From the NCBI GenBank assembly GCA_963727895.1, contig CAVSHT010000003.1, positions 32,001 to 96,000 of the forward strand: a stretch of DNA of 64,000 bases, given 5' to 3'. The notes beneath the pieces were generated by a model. It searched no databases. It was not told the origin of the DNA and saw nothing but the letters and a program-made list of their open reading frames with translations. Position numbers and translations under genes: made by a program. This DNA comes from an uncultured Methanosarcinaceae archaeon. GTDB lineage: Archaea; Halobacteriota; Methanosarcinia; Methanosarcinales; Methanosarcinaceae. Below, piece by piece: positions 11,678 through 22,229 of the stretch; position 1 is the stretch's first letter, and every line of letters begins with the position of its first letter.

Positions 11678-12355
11678 TTACGCAGTTACTGTCTGTTCCG
11701 GTGAACCTGTCAACCATAATTCTTCAGTTGGAATTTGTCTTGCGAAAATCAACCTTAGCTCTTTTCTGCCGTGGTCTGCTTTATCGATGAATATATCATT
11801 AGTAGAACATCTCTTTTCAACTGTATCAAAAACGTCACGTTTTAGTTTTCTCAGATTCTTTGTAGACTCAGGCTGGTATTCCTTAGGTAGATAATTTTCA
11901 ACGAATTTTTTAAAATTCCTTGAATCCATTATCCTGGAATCTATATTTGCAAACGGTGAAACCGCCTTAGGAAGGTCTGTACTTTTTTTCATGTAGTCTA
12001 TTAAAAAATCTGCACGAATCTCAGTAATATTCTTAGAAGGAGAAATTAGAGATCGGTCAAGGATTTCAGGCTTTAATGTAGTGTTTATTTTAGACACCAT
12101 ATCATATAGCCTGGTTATATGATCTGGAATCGTGGGTTCGTGGTCTTCATCATCATAAGAAAAATCATCAATTCCTAAAACAGTTTCAATTTCTGCAAGT
12201 CTCTGAACTGGTTTTATCTCTGAAGTTGCTAGTCTCGCGTCAAAAGAGGTGTTTACAAATTTATCCATATAAGGAGCAATCAAATCCACAAATTCTATCC
12301 TTTCCGGTTCAGATGCGTTTTTAAAGGCTTGACTGATATCTGACAGGGAAATCAT
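11678..12355 (-). CDS. Hypothetical protein, cassette copy A
   Basis: 225-aa ORF; close paralogs at 25071-25757 and 38482-39189. Confidence 0.85.
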   Translation of the reverse strand: MISLSDISQAFKNASEPERIEFVDLIAPYMDKFVNTSFDARLATSEIKPVQRLAEIETVLGIDDFSYDDEDHEPTIPDHITRLYDMVSKINTTLKPEILDRSLISPSKNITEIRADFLIDYMKKSTDLPKAVSPFANIDSRIMDSRNFKKFVENYLPKEYQPESTKNLRKLKRDVFDTVEKRCSTNDIFIDKADHGRKELRLIFARQIPTEELWLTGSPEQTVTA

Positions 12356-12447
12356 AGATATCTTTCCCCCATTCCTATGATCTCGAGAAATTCTTGATCA
12401 GAAAATAGAGGAATATACTTTATATGTACATAATCAGCGAGGCTCAT
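12352..12447 (-). CDS. 31-aa leader ORF MSLADYVHIKYIPLFSDQEFLEIIGMGERYL coupled by an ATGA overlap
   Basis: GGAGG RBS upstream; TGA overlaps the ATG of the 225-aa gene; identical at 25754-25849; homologous to the first 31 aa of ORF 38482. Confidence 0.65.
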   Translation of the reverse strand: MSLADYVHIKYIPLFSDQEFLEIIGMGERYL

Positions 12448-12948
12448 TTTAAGCCTCCTGTATAAAAACAGTTTTTAGAAGTGCTAAAAATTCATTTATT
12501 TTGCTATCCTGTTCAGTACGATCGAAAAGTTTATACCTATCGGTGTCTATATAACTACTAAGCAATGTTATCCCTCTTATACTGGGGGTCAGGGTTCTTT
12601 GTTGGAAGCGCGGAACCCTGCCAATTAATCTTTTTTATAACTAAAAAGAGTCAATTATATTAAAACCTGTTTCTCCATTCTTTTTACTTGTTCTCTTCTT
12701 TTATTTTTTAGATATTCAAAACATGTTCATTTTTTTGCAGTTGAAATTTCTCCTTACAAAAATAAGCTAAATTCTTGAAAATTTCTATGGAAAAAAGAGA
12801 TTTTAGTCAAATTTTTCTTGAGGATTAGATATTGGGGAATTTAAATCCGGCTAAAATGAGTGTCAATGCCGGTGAATAATTCCTCATTTTAGCCGGATTT
12901 AAATTCCCCAATATCTAATCCTCAAGAAAAGCTTGAGGATCGTAAATA

Positions 12949-14185
12949 ATGCTGAAAATGGAGGAATGGCTATTGATACGAGATTTGTATTCACAAGGCT
13001 TTAGCATCAGTGAAATCGCCAGAAAAACAGGCTTTGACAGGAAAACTGTGAAGAAATATATTCGGCTGAAAACCTTGCCTGAGCCCCAGAAACGTCCTGG
13101 AAGAAAGAGCAAGCTTCAAAACTTATATTCTTGAAAAACTCAAAGAAGGTTCCTATACTGCTGCTCGCCTATTTCGTGAAATAAGAGAAATGGGTTTTGA
13201 TGGAGGAAAAACCATAGTCAAGGACTTTGTACAAAAAGTTCGACCTGAGCAGGAAACCCCTGCTGTATTTCGCTACGAAACAAAACCAGGTGTACAGGCT
13301 CAGGTAGACTGGGGAAAGATGGGAACAGTTGAAGTTGATGGAAAAACAAAGAAACTATTTTGCTTCAACATGATTCTTGGATATTCAAGAATGAGATATG
13401 TTGAATTTACACTGAGCATAGACACTCCAACTCTAATTCAGTGTCATTTGAATGCTTTTGAGTATTTTGAAGGATTTACACAGGAAATTCTCTATGATAA
13501 CATGAAACAAGTTGTTATCAAAAGAGCCTTAAAATCATCAGATTCTAAATGGAACTCACAGTTTGAGGATTTCTTCAAATGCTTTGGTTTTATTCCCAGA
13601 TTATGCAGGCCTTACAGGCCTCAAACAAAAGGTAAAATTGAAAATACAGTAGGTTACGTCAAAAGGGATTTCTTCCTTGGAAGAAGGTTTACCTCTCTTG
13701 AAGAACTGAATGGCCAAGTTAACAGTTGGTTAGAAAAAGTAAATTCAACTGTCCATGGAACAACCTATCAAATCCCTCTTGAATGCTTTAAGGAGGAGGA
13801 CCTGAACCCTCTGGGTCAGGTTCCTCCTTACAAAGTTGTTCAGAAGGAGACCAGAAAGGTCTCCGGATACTGTTATATTTCATTTCTTGGAAATAAGTAT
13901 TCTGTTCCTTACAGGTATGCAGGAAGAACTGCAGAGATTCATATTTTTGAAGAAAAATTAGAGATCTATGTTGATTATGAAAAGATCTGTGAACATGCAA
14001 TTCTCCCAGGTAACTGCAGAGTTTCAAGGAAAAAGGAACATTTCCAGGGTTTACTGAGTGAGATTCTTAAAGAGAACTCAAAATGCAAGAAAAATTCACA
14101 GATTCCGTTGAAATCCTCAGGTCCTGAAGTTGAAAAAAGGTCTCTTGATGTCTATGAAATATTTAGCCAGGGAGGTTTTGAATGA
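12949..14185 (+). pseudogene. istA: IS21 transposase IstA, frameshifted near 13115
   Basis: HTH 'SISEIARKTGFDRKTVKKY' in one frame; 'ETKPGVQAQVDWG', 'ILYDNMK', 'PQTKGKIE' in the next. Confidence 0.9.
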
Positions 14186-14954
14186 ACAATTTTAGCTATG
14201 GGAGGCTTCACAACAATCTGCAATACCTGAAACTGAATACTGTTGAAGAGCTCCTTGACAACTTTCTTGAAATTGTTGTAAGGGACAACAAGACAACAAT
14301 GGAAGTTCTTGATTATCTATTTGAACAGGAAAAGAAACACAGAGAAGCTGTTGCAATTGAGAGAAAGATGAAAAGTACAGTTTTTCCTATTAAAAAGACT
14401 CTTGAGGAATTCTATTTTGAGTTTCAGAAATCCATTGATAAGAAGATAATCGAAGACCTTGCAACCTTGAGATTTGTTCATAATTCAGAGAATGTTGTTT
14501 TATTTGGTCCATCAGGTGTTGGCAAGTCTCACCTTGTAATTGCTCTTGGAATCGAAGCAGTAAAGTCGGGGATTTCGGTTTACTTTACCAATACAGGAAA
14601 CCTTATTGAAAGGTTGAAAACAGCAAATCAAGAAGGAATGCTTGAAAAGAAACTCAGGGACTTGATGAAGTATAAAGTGCTGATTATTGATGAAATAGGA
14701 TATCTCCCATTTAACGAAGAAAGAACTCACTGTTTATTTCAGCTAATCTCAAGACGTTATGAAAGGAATTCAATGATCTTAACATCGAATAAGTCGTATG
14801 GAGAATGGGAGAGATATTCAAGGACCATGTAATAACGGCTGCTGTGCTTGATAGGCTTCTCCATCATTCTACGACGATTAATATCAAAGGGGAAAGTTAC
14901 AGGCTGAAAGAAAGGAAAAAACAGGGTATAAAAACAGGAAATCTATACCAGTAA
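14182..14954 (+). pseudogene. istB: IS21 helper ATPase IstB, frameshifted near 14810
   Basis: Walker A GPSGVGKS, 'LIIDEIGY', 'LTSN'; tail 'AVLDRLLHHS..INIKGESYRLKE' continues in another frame. Confidence 0.9.
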
Positions 14955-15050
14955 TTTTTAACAAGTTCATGAAAAATTGAATAAACTTTATATCACAAAG
15001 TGGGGAAAATTAATCCGGCCAAAATGGGGAAAAGTAAACCGGCATTGACA

Positions 15051-15253
15051 ATTGCAAATCTCATTATGGGGCGATCTTTTTCTGCACGCATATTTAAAGA
15101 TGAAATTAATGCTGCGAAGCCTATCAATATAAGGATAACAAGGTTATTTATACCATACACAAACAACCCTATTATACCAATGAGTATCATTAAAAAAGAA
15201 ATAATAATGCCAATGGTACCCCGTTTTTTCATATTAACTTTCGAGCTTCGCAT
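15051..15253 (-). pseudogene. Small membrane protein truncated by the IS21 right end
   Basis: Two hydrophobic helices; ORF runs into the IS terminus. Confidence 0.4.
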
Positions 15254-15539
15254 ATTTTCAAATCCTATGCTTAATTTGTTTATTTATTGTATAAAAACTT
15301 ATACAAAAATTTTAATTTACTGAAATGAGTAGAAATTCTAGGAGTATATTTTATGGATTCCATTGCAAAAATCTAGTTTTTTAGGATATTTCGAGATACG
15401 AACTTTAATTTCTAAAACGTTCGTTCATATTCAGTTTTTAAGGTAAAAACTATGCATTCATATAAGTCAAAATTTGTTTTTAATTATTGCTTTAAGATTA
15501 GGTAGTAAGTTAAGTATTTTGAAAAAGAACATACATAAT

Positions 15540-15881
15540 ATGAAAAAAAAGTTCATTATTTATTTTGTAATAATACTTAGTTTAATATCTATTGTACTGT
15601 TTTTTTATATTCCCTTTGCTATTTTGTCCCAAAAAATCAATGTGATTCTTGGAAGTATGTTTGGATTTGTTTTGTTGTATTTTATTGTTATGAATGTACT
15701 TTGGTTAAATTCTTTATTACCACATACAAATAAGATAATAAAAAACAAGACTATAATACCCAAAGAGGTCCAATTGTGGTTTACAGTGGTAGAAATCTTT
15801 TTAATAATACTCTGGATAATCCATAGATTTAAGTCAAAACCTACATATTTGAGTAGGGCAACATTTTGTCTAAAATGTTGA
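15540..15881 (+). CDS. Small hypothetical membrane protein
   Basis: MKKKF start followed by three hydrophobic segments; 3' end runs into an IS6 derivative. Confidence 0.45.
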   Translation: MKKKFIIYFVIILSLISIVLFFYIPFAILSQKINVILGSMFGFVLLYFIVMNVLWLNSLLPHTNKIIKNKTIIPKEVQLWFTVVEIFLIILWIIHRFKSKPTYLSRATFCLKC

Positions 15882-16747
15882 CTAGACTTCAGGAAATCCA
15901 CATAAATTCGATTACGGGGGCCAAAACGAATATGATTAAAAAAGGACAAGTTAAGAATCTAAATTACTCTGGTCTTAATGAAGCTAAATATATTAATCAA
16001 TTATTTGGAATAGTTCGATAATATTGATAAATCTTCTTACATATTTTAATTTTTGTTCTTTGTCTGTAGATTTACATTTTTATTCTGATATTTTTGCAAC
16101 AGAATCTCTTAAAAAATGGTTGAAATTCTGTCATGTGATTAATAGCATCATTTTTAAGCTGTCTATAGATTCCACAGTAGTGTTTATCAAAATCTTTTGT
16201 ATATGTATATGAATTGTCTTGGTATACAGTACATTTCAAAGCGTATTTACATTTAGTGTCAGGCATATCCATTTCCTTTTTAACTTCAATTACGGTCCTT
16301 ATGAAACCTATGAGCTACATATGAGAAACATATCCAGATCATAAAGATCTGATTGAAGGTACTAGAAACTACTTAATAATATTTAGAATAAAGTATATAT
16401 ATATACTTTTTGGATATATTCTATGTTGAAATATGGATAACTATATGGCTCACATGTAAATAGTCCTCATTTTGGCAGGTTAATTACGAAAAAAAATTAT
16501 AAAATTGCCTCGTTGAAATCCGTATAAATTTAATAGAGTCGTGGTGCAAAAATCTGGTTCTACAAGATATTTAACATACGAATTTTTTTGAATTAGAACG
16601 TTCGTGTATTTACCATTTTTAGCTCAATTTCCAAACTGGATTATTTTTATAAAATTCAAAATACGAGCGTTTTAACATTTAGTTCGTATATTTATTTTAT
16701 GGAGAATAACAGAAATCCTTTTTTAGTGTAAACATCTTGTAAACATT

Positions 16748-17194
16748 ATGCTAAAACCAAAAGTTATGGTAAGTGCAAGGATTCCAAAAGAATTGTCTAC
16801 ATTTTGTTTACAGCATTATGAGAACATGAGTATTGCAATTAATACAGCTTTAGAATTACTGCGAGATCAAGAGAGTATACAAAATGAAAACAACTGTATA
16901 CAGAACGAAAACATTTGTAAACAGGATCAGGAGGGAGAACTAAATGGATTACAAGAGCAAATAATATCTAATGATGAAAATTATAAAGAGATAATTAATG
17001 GTTACAAAGTTAGGATAGAAGAGAGAGATCAGTACATAGAAACTTTGAAAAGAGAACTTGAAAAAGCTCATCAGGACAAAGATAATATCCAAAATATCTA
17101 TGACAATTATATGCGACAAATGCAAACATTAATTCAGCAGAAAGCAATTGAAGTACCTGGGGATAAAAAGAAGCCATGGTATAAATTTTGGTGA
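16748..17194 (+). CDS. Plasmid-type protein: RHH/CopG-like N-terminus, coiled coil, C-terminal KKPWYKFW
   Basis: 'VMVSARIPKEL...MSIAINTALELL'; coiled-coil heptads; paralog at 45431-45967. Confidence 0.75.
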   Translation: MLKPKVMVSARIPKELSTFCLQHYENMSIAINTALELLRDQESIQNENNCIQNENICKQDQEGELNGLQEQIISNDENYKEIINGYKVRIEERDQYIETLKRELEKAHQDKDNIQNIYDNYMRQMQTLIQQKAIEVPGDKKKPWYKFW

Positions 17195-17689
17195 TTCACA
17201 TTTTCAACAGTGCGTTTCTTTCATGGTCACATTATGCTGTTTTATTGTCATTAGATTTAATTCTCTAATTAGATTTATAATTAATTATATATATTAATTT
17301 TAGCTTGCACTTGAATCATATTGATCATTTTACCACATACAGGTGTGTTAAATATGGTTCTAATAATTGTTAGACGCAACGACAGAAAAATTGATTGAAG
17401 TACTGATAGGGTAATAGTCCAGGCAATTTCTCTATCACTTTCTCCAGAGATGTGTCAAACGATAATTAAAGCAATTGATCAAGCGATATCACTAACAATG
17501 CCAACTATTTTTATAGACCCCTCTCCTTAAATTTTAAGAAATGAATTTTTAAATACCGGGGTCCAAGTGATTATGTACAAAACAAGAAGTCAAAAGTGAT
17601 ACTAATATTACTCTTAATATTCTATTTCAAGTAATTCTACATATTTCAGACAGAAACATTATCTTCTACTATCATTTATTGGTTATATG

Positions 17690-17865
17690 GTATCCTCTTT
17701 AAATTGTATGGGTAAAAGTAAATTTCATGTATTCGCTGAAAATTTAAAAATTTATCAACGTTTAGAAAACAACCTCAAGCAACGCATTCAACTTTACAAC
17801 TGTTTAATAAACTTGTTGCATATTTTTTGAGTTGGAAAATTCTCCATTGAATTTGAAGAGGATAC
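17690..17865. mobile_element. 176-bp MITE with GTATCCTCTT(C/T)AAATT terminal IRs
   Basis: Inverted copy at 47419-47594; partial end ~36365-36401. Confidence 0.75.
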
Positions 17866-18209
17866 GAATAATTTAAGAATTAATGACAGTGTAACATAAG
17901 TTCTATAAAATTACAAATTTTAAAAAGTTTTTGAGCCAAAAATTCCATATCAGAAGATCAATTTTTATTTACTGTATACAAAAAATTAACTTAGAATTTA
18001 CAGCAAATTCGCAACACTGCCTTAACTTTTCTAATTATGATGGTTTTCAGTGATTTTGTAAAATCGCCATATTTTTTGCAACGGAACCAAAAAAATATTG
18101 TAACTTTGTATAAATCAATAACAATCGACAACATTATCAGAAAAATAATCTATACTCAAAACTTAATCAGTACCAGCAACTAATATTTGAGGTGATCTTT
18201 ATAACCGAC

Positions 18210-18485
18210 ATGAGAAATTTCGTACTACGAGACGAAGAAGGAAATGAGCATGGAGTCTTCATCGGGAAACAACCTCATCAGGCTGCTCTGAAAGCTGCAA
18301 ATAGATGCAAGGGAACAAAATCAAAACCAGTTACTCTTATTCTCAGGGAACGTGGAACTAAAAAAGTGCACATTTTCAAGGCATGGAAACAAACTGTTAA
18401 AGCCCCAGAAAAACGGCCTGAATGGATGCCAGAGAAAATAAGCAAACCCTTTGTTATGAAAGAGAGAATAGAAACAATAGATTAA
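18210..18485 (+). CDS. mc1: Methanogen chromosomal protein MC1 paralog
   Basis: 'RNFVLRDEEGNEHGVF.GKQP.QAALKAANR...LRERGTKKVHIFKAW...PEWMPEKISKPFV'. Confidence 0.93.
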   Translation: MRNFVLRDEEGNEHGVFIGKQPHQAALKAANRCKGTKSKPVTLILRERGTKKVHIFKAWKQTVKAPEKRPEWMPEKISKPFVMKERIETID

Positions 18486-18561
18486 AGAAGTTATTCTCCG
18501 ATTGTTTGGAACATTTTCAAGACATGTCGGAATTCACTTATACTATTTTTACTATTTTTTT

Positions 18562-18706
18562 TATTTGTATTCGATTAAGGAATCTGTTAACGTTATAAAT
18601 TACTACTGAAATCCTCTACACATCTCGATTTTCATTTATAGGTCTACAGAAAAGGCAACAAAAATAACACATTTCTTATAGATCCTATCTTAACTGACTA
18701 CAAATG
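18562..18706. mobile_element. ~144-bp MITE with CATTTGTATTCG-type ends (IS4/ISH8-like), degenerate copy
   Basis: Similar to 23202-23345 and 43550-43693. Confidence 0.7.
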
Positions 18707-19041
18707 AATTTCATCTACGAAGTTTTTTCATTTAAAGGAATCGAATAGCATATTACTACTTTTAATTTCCTCCTTTTTCGACTGAATCCTTATTATGAAT
18801 TTTTGCAACAGAACCGCTTTTCTTTCCTCCGATTTCAGAGAATTTCTGTAAAGCCAAAAAAGGAGACTTTTTAATATCTTCTAAGATCACTAATTACCAG
18901 TAATTCTACTTGTAGTTGATTGCAATGAATCAAAGACTCAGAAGATAATAGAAAGGTCCAAGATTCAATACTTCTTTGTGAAGATTACTCCCCAGTGAAG
19001 CATTTGCTTACTTGCTTGCTGATATTTTATCCTGCTTAAAT

Positions 19042-19461
19042 TCAGACAGAAGTTTCCTTACTCATGATATAAGCAATCATTTTAGGATTAAACCTATAGC
19101 ACCTTGAAACGTTTGCTTCAATATCCTCATTGAGTTTTCCTTCAGATTTCATTTCCTTTATTTTTACAGTCACTGAGGACGGAACAGTATAATACTCGTT
19201 TATATCTTTTCTATGACCCCAGACGTCGCCTTCTATAGGCTGGATTTGCTGCATTTCAAAGAACATTTCTATGGATTTTGAGATCGTAGACATGTAAGAC
19301 TTAGGTAACTGAATTACCTCAAGTTTTGGGCAGGTTTCAACCAATCCAAAGATGTCTTTATTTGACGGCCTAAAGGCCAGGTGGACAATACGCTCATTAG
19401 GATTTAATGTAAAGATTTCTTCTCTTGAACTAACTACTCGAATTTTCATACTTTCCCCCAC
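19042..19461 (-). CDS. DUF1699 family protein
   Basis: 'MKIRVVSSREEI.TLNPNE.IVHLAFRPSNKD...EGDVWGHRKDINEYY'. Confidence 0.88.
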   Translation of the reverse strand: MGESMKIRVVSSREEIFTLNPNERIVHLAFRPSNKDIFGLVETCPKLEVIQLPKSYMSTISKSIEMFFEMQQIQPIEGDVWGHRKDINEYYTVPSSVTVKIKEMKSEGKLNEDIEANVSRCYRFNPKMIAYIMSKETSV

Positions 19462-20409
19462 TCTAATTTTTTTTAAATTGTACTTTGATATACACTACAT
19501 ATACTGATTATAAATAATTATCTCATTGAACTAACATTATTTAAATAGTGTTTGAAAAACATCTACGAACTAAATATTAAAACATTCATATTTGGTAAAA
19601 AATATTCTAAATATTGATAAAAAATAAGTGATTTTCTCTTAAAATACGACATTCTAAGTCAAAAAGTTCGTATATCAATACTTTTTGAAAAAGTGGTTTT
19701 TTAGGAAAATGTATAGGTTTTACAACGAAATTTTCGCTACATTTTTTAGATTTTGCATTGCAACTTAGGTACTAAATTTTGATCTTTACCTCATTTAAAT
19801 TAAATTTAAAATATCTATTATTATTTATATGGTTAATGTACTGTTATATCATATACGGTATGAAATAAATCTAAATATATAATTTCTCTGCATAACAGGG
19901 ATGGGGTAAAAACATGAGTAAAACAGACAAAAATATTGTGCTAGACGTTACAAGCAAAACTAATGCTGCAATAAAAACAAAAAATATTTCACAATTCACC
20001 TCTACTACCCAATTTTGGTACTTCCCATTACTAAAAGTAGTCCAATTTGTGGTTCCATTGCAAAAATCTGGCTTTTTCATAAAATAAGTAAAAACCATCG
20101 CAATTCGGGAAGTTAATCATTTTTCTTCGGGAAAAAATTATACATAAAAGTGAAAATTATAGTGTAAAATTGCAGAAATATTTTTTTTTGCAATGGAACT
20201 AGAATTATAGTATCAAACTGAGGAAATATCATTTTTGCACCACAACCTGATCGTGGATTCGAGTTATAGAAAGCCGTAAACATAAGACTATATTTAGTTT
20301 TTTATTAAATGTGAGAGATATACTCGTTTTTTCGAAAACGATCAATAACCCAGATACACAACCCACAACCTTAAATAAATTTAATAAACCCAAATTTGGG
20401 GAGTATAAT

Positions 20410-20781
20410 ATGAAAAAAGAGATATTGGGGAACGCATTTAAGAGACTAGCTATTTTACTAGTAATTCTTTTTGTAATATCAGTGATAGTTACGCCAGTGA
20501 TAGCTACGTCAGCAAAGAATAAGTTTATGCAAGCTGATTTTTCTGCAAGTCCTACATCTGGACATAAGCCACTTGCAGTGCATTTTACTGACCATAGTAA
20601 AAGTCACTTGAAGGTCTTATATTGGTCTTGGAGTTTTGGAGATAAAAGTACTTCATCATTAAAGAATCCTACACATGTATACAAAAATCCCGGAAGATAC
20701 ACTGTTAGCTTAACAGTAAAATGTCCACACGGTGTTATCGACACTAAAAAAGTATATAATTATATTAAAGTGATAAAGTAA
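20410..20781 (+). CDS. Small secreted PKD-domain protein
   Basis: Signal peptide; 'ADFSASPTSG..PL.V.FTD...WSFGD...NPTHVY..PGRYTVSLTV'. Confidence 0.85.
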   Translation: MKKEILGNAFKRLAILLVILFVISVIVTPVIATSAKNKFMQADFSASPTSGHKPLAVHFTDHSKSHLKVLYWSWSFGDKSTSSLKNPTHVYKNPGRYTVSLTVKCPHGVIDTKKVYNYIKVIK

Positions 20782-20791
20782 GTGAATATCT

Positions 20792-20899
20792 GGTTCTGTT
20801 GCAAAAAATATCTGCTAAGTGCCCGCAACGAAATGACCTATGCAACTTAACAGAACCTATTTTATTATATTCCTAGCAGATATTTTTTGCAACAGAACC
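20792..20899. mobile_element. Mini IS6-ended element (~108 bp)
   Basis: GGTTCTGTTGCAAAAAATATCTGCTA at the left end and its inverse at the right end. Confidence 0.7.
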
Positions 20900-21176
20900 A
20901 TTATTTCCATACTGCATAATTGATAACAGACTAATGCTTACCAGCAATTGATTTCATCGCAAAGTACTAAAATTAAAGATCAAAATTGATAAGTCGGTTA
21001 TTCTAAAACCTGTGTATTTCCATAATACACAAAAACTTGACTTCAAATTTACAGCAAATTTGCACACTGCCTATAATTAATACCTTTATATAATATTTTT
21101 TAGAGCGTCTTTGCAACGGAACCATTAAAAGAGATAAAAGATATAATGAGTGAATATACATTAGGAGTTGAGATGT

Positions 21177-21548
21177 ATGGGAATAGTTGAAGAAACACAA
21201 GTTGCAAAGAACATGACTTTTGTGCCGGTAACTGAGATAAAAGGATCTAAAATCTTCACTGTTAAAAACGAAGAACTCGGAAAAATTGAAGAAGTCATGA
21301 TTGACTCTGAACGGGGAAGAATAGCATACGTAGTACTTGCTTGTGATTGTTTCCTTGGTATGTCCTGTAAATTATTTGCCGTTCCTTGGGAAGTTCTTGA
21401 AGAAAATAGAGGCGATTATCTCCTTAGAATTGAGAAAGGAGCACTCGAAGCGGCAGAAGGCTTAGACGACGATGTGTGGACTTTAACCAGTAATGATTTG
21501 GCTAAAGTGTATGAACAGTATAAACTTCATCCTTACTGGGAAATTTAA
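21177..21548 (+). CDS. PRC-barrel domain protein
   Basis: 'ELGKIEEVMID...GRIAYVVL...FLG...KLFAVPW'; 'YE.Y...PYW'. Confidence 0.88.
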   Translation: MGIVEETQVAKNMTFVPVTEIKGSKIFTVKNEELGKIEEVMIDSERGRIAYVVLACDCFLGMSCKLFAVPWEVLEENRGDYLLRIEKGALEAAEGLDDDVWTLTSNDLAKVYEQYKLHPYWEI

Positions 21549-21595
21549 AAACTCATTTTTGTGGTGCAAAAAATCTGGTAATGGTCGGGTTCCGT

Positions 21596-21745
21596 GGTTC
21601 CGTTGCAAAAATAATTTTTCTGTACGTTGAGGTTATTCTTCGTTCCTTAAAATATCATTTTAATCCATATGTACTCACCAAACTTATCTTATTGTGAAGG
21701 TTTTCAACGATTTTGTAAAATGCTCTGATTTTTTGCAACGGAACC
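21596..21745. mobile_element. 150-bp IS6-ended MITE
   Basis: IS6 IRs at both ends; inverted copies at 22373-22519 and 23449-23598. Confidence 0.85.
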
Positions 21746-22091
21746 TTTAATTCTGTATCACAGATTCAAAATGTATATCTGCATTCAGTTTTATTATATA
21801 CTTTAGAGGTTTTTGTGCGTCCCTGCTTAGTCGATTTCAAAAATCCCAAACATCTCAAAACCCTAAAAAATTATTTTTAATGACGCACCACCTCCAATAG
21901 AATTACAAAATGAGTAGTTAACATTTGTCTGTGATTTGATTTCTCAATGTTTATTTTCTCAGCTGTTTATTTGTCAGATTTCTGATAAGTGGAATTTTTA
22001 CCACAATTTTTTAGAAAAATGTATCAAAAGTCTTATGAGATATAAAATAAACCGTAAAGATTACTGTAAAAGTAATGGGGGTATTAAATTT

Positions 22092-22229
22092 ATGAATAAA
22101 AATGATTCCAAATGCAGCAAAAAATCTACTTACGAAGAAAGTGACTTGCTCGCCTTTGCATTACTAGCTCTGCTTGTCTTATTTGCATTCAAGTACATTA
22201 TTTATCCCGATATTGTCGTTTATCTATGA
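22092..22229 (+). CDS. Small membrane peptide (45 aa)
   Basis: GGGGGT RBS then MNKND...; a single hydrophobic helix; stop overlaps the next MITE. Confidence 0.4.
   Translation: MNKNDSKCSKKSTYEESDLLAFALLALLVLFAFKYIIYPDIVVYL

Larger units (their letters stand above)
11333..12860 (-). mobile_element. Copy A of a three-copy IS21-end-bearing cassette
   Basis: Colinear with 23985-26285 and the reverse complement of 38036-40279; begins with an IS21 left-end sequence. Confidence 0.7.
12861..15050 (+). mobile_element. IS21-family element (istA/istB), decayed
   Basis: Ends TGTCAATGCCGGT...ACCGGCATTGACA with subterminal repeats; both genes frameshifted; no target duplication. Confidence 0.92.
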
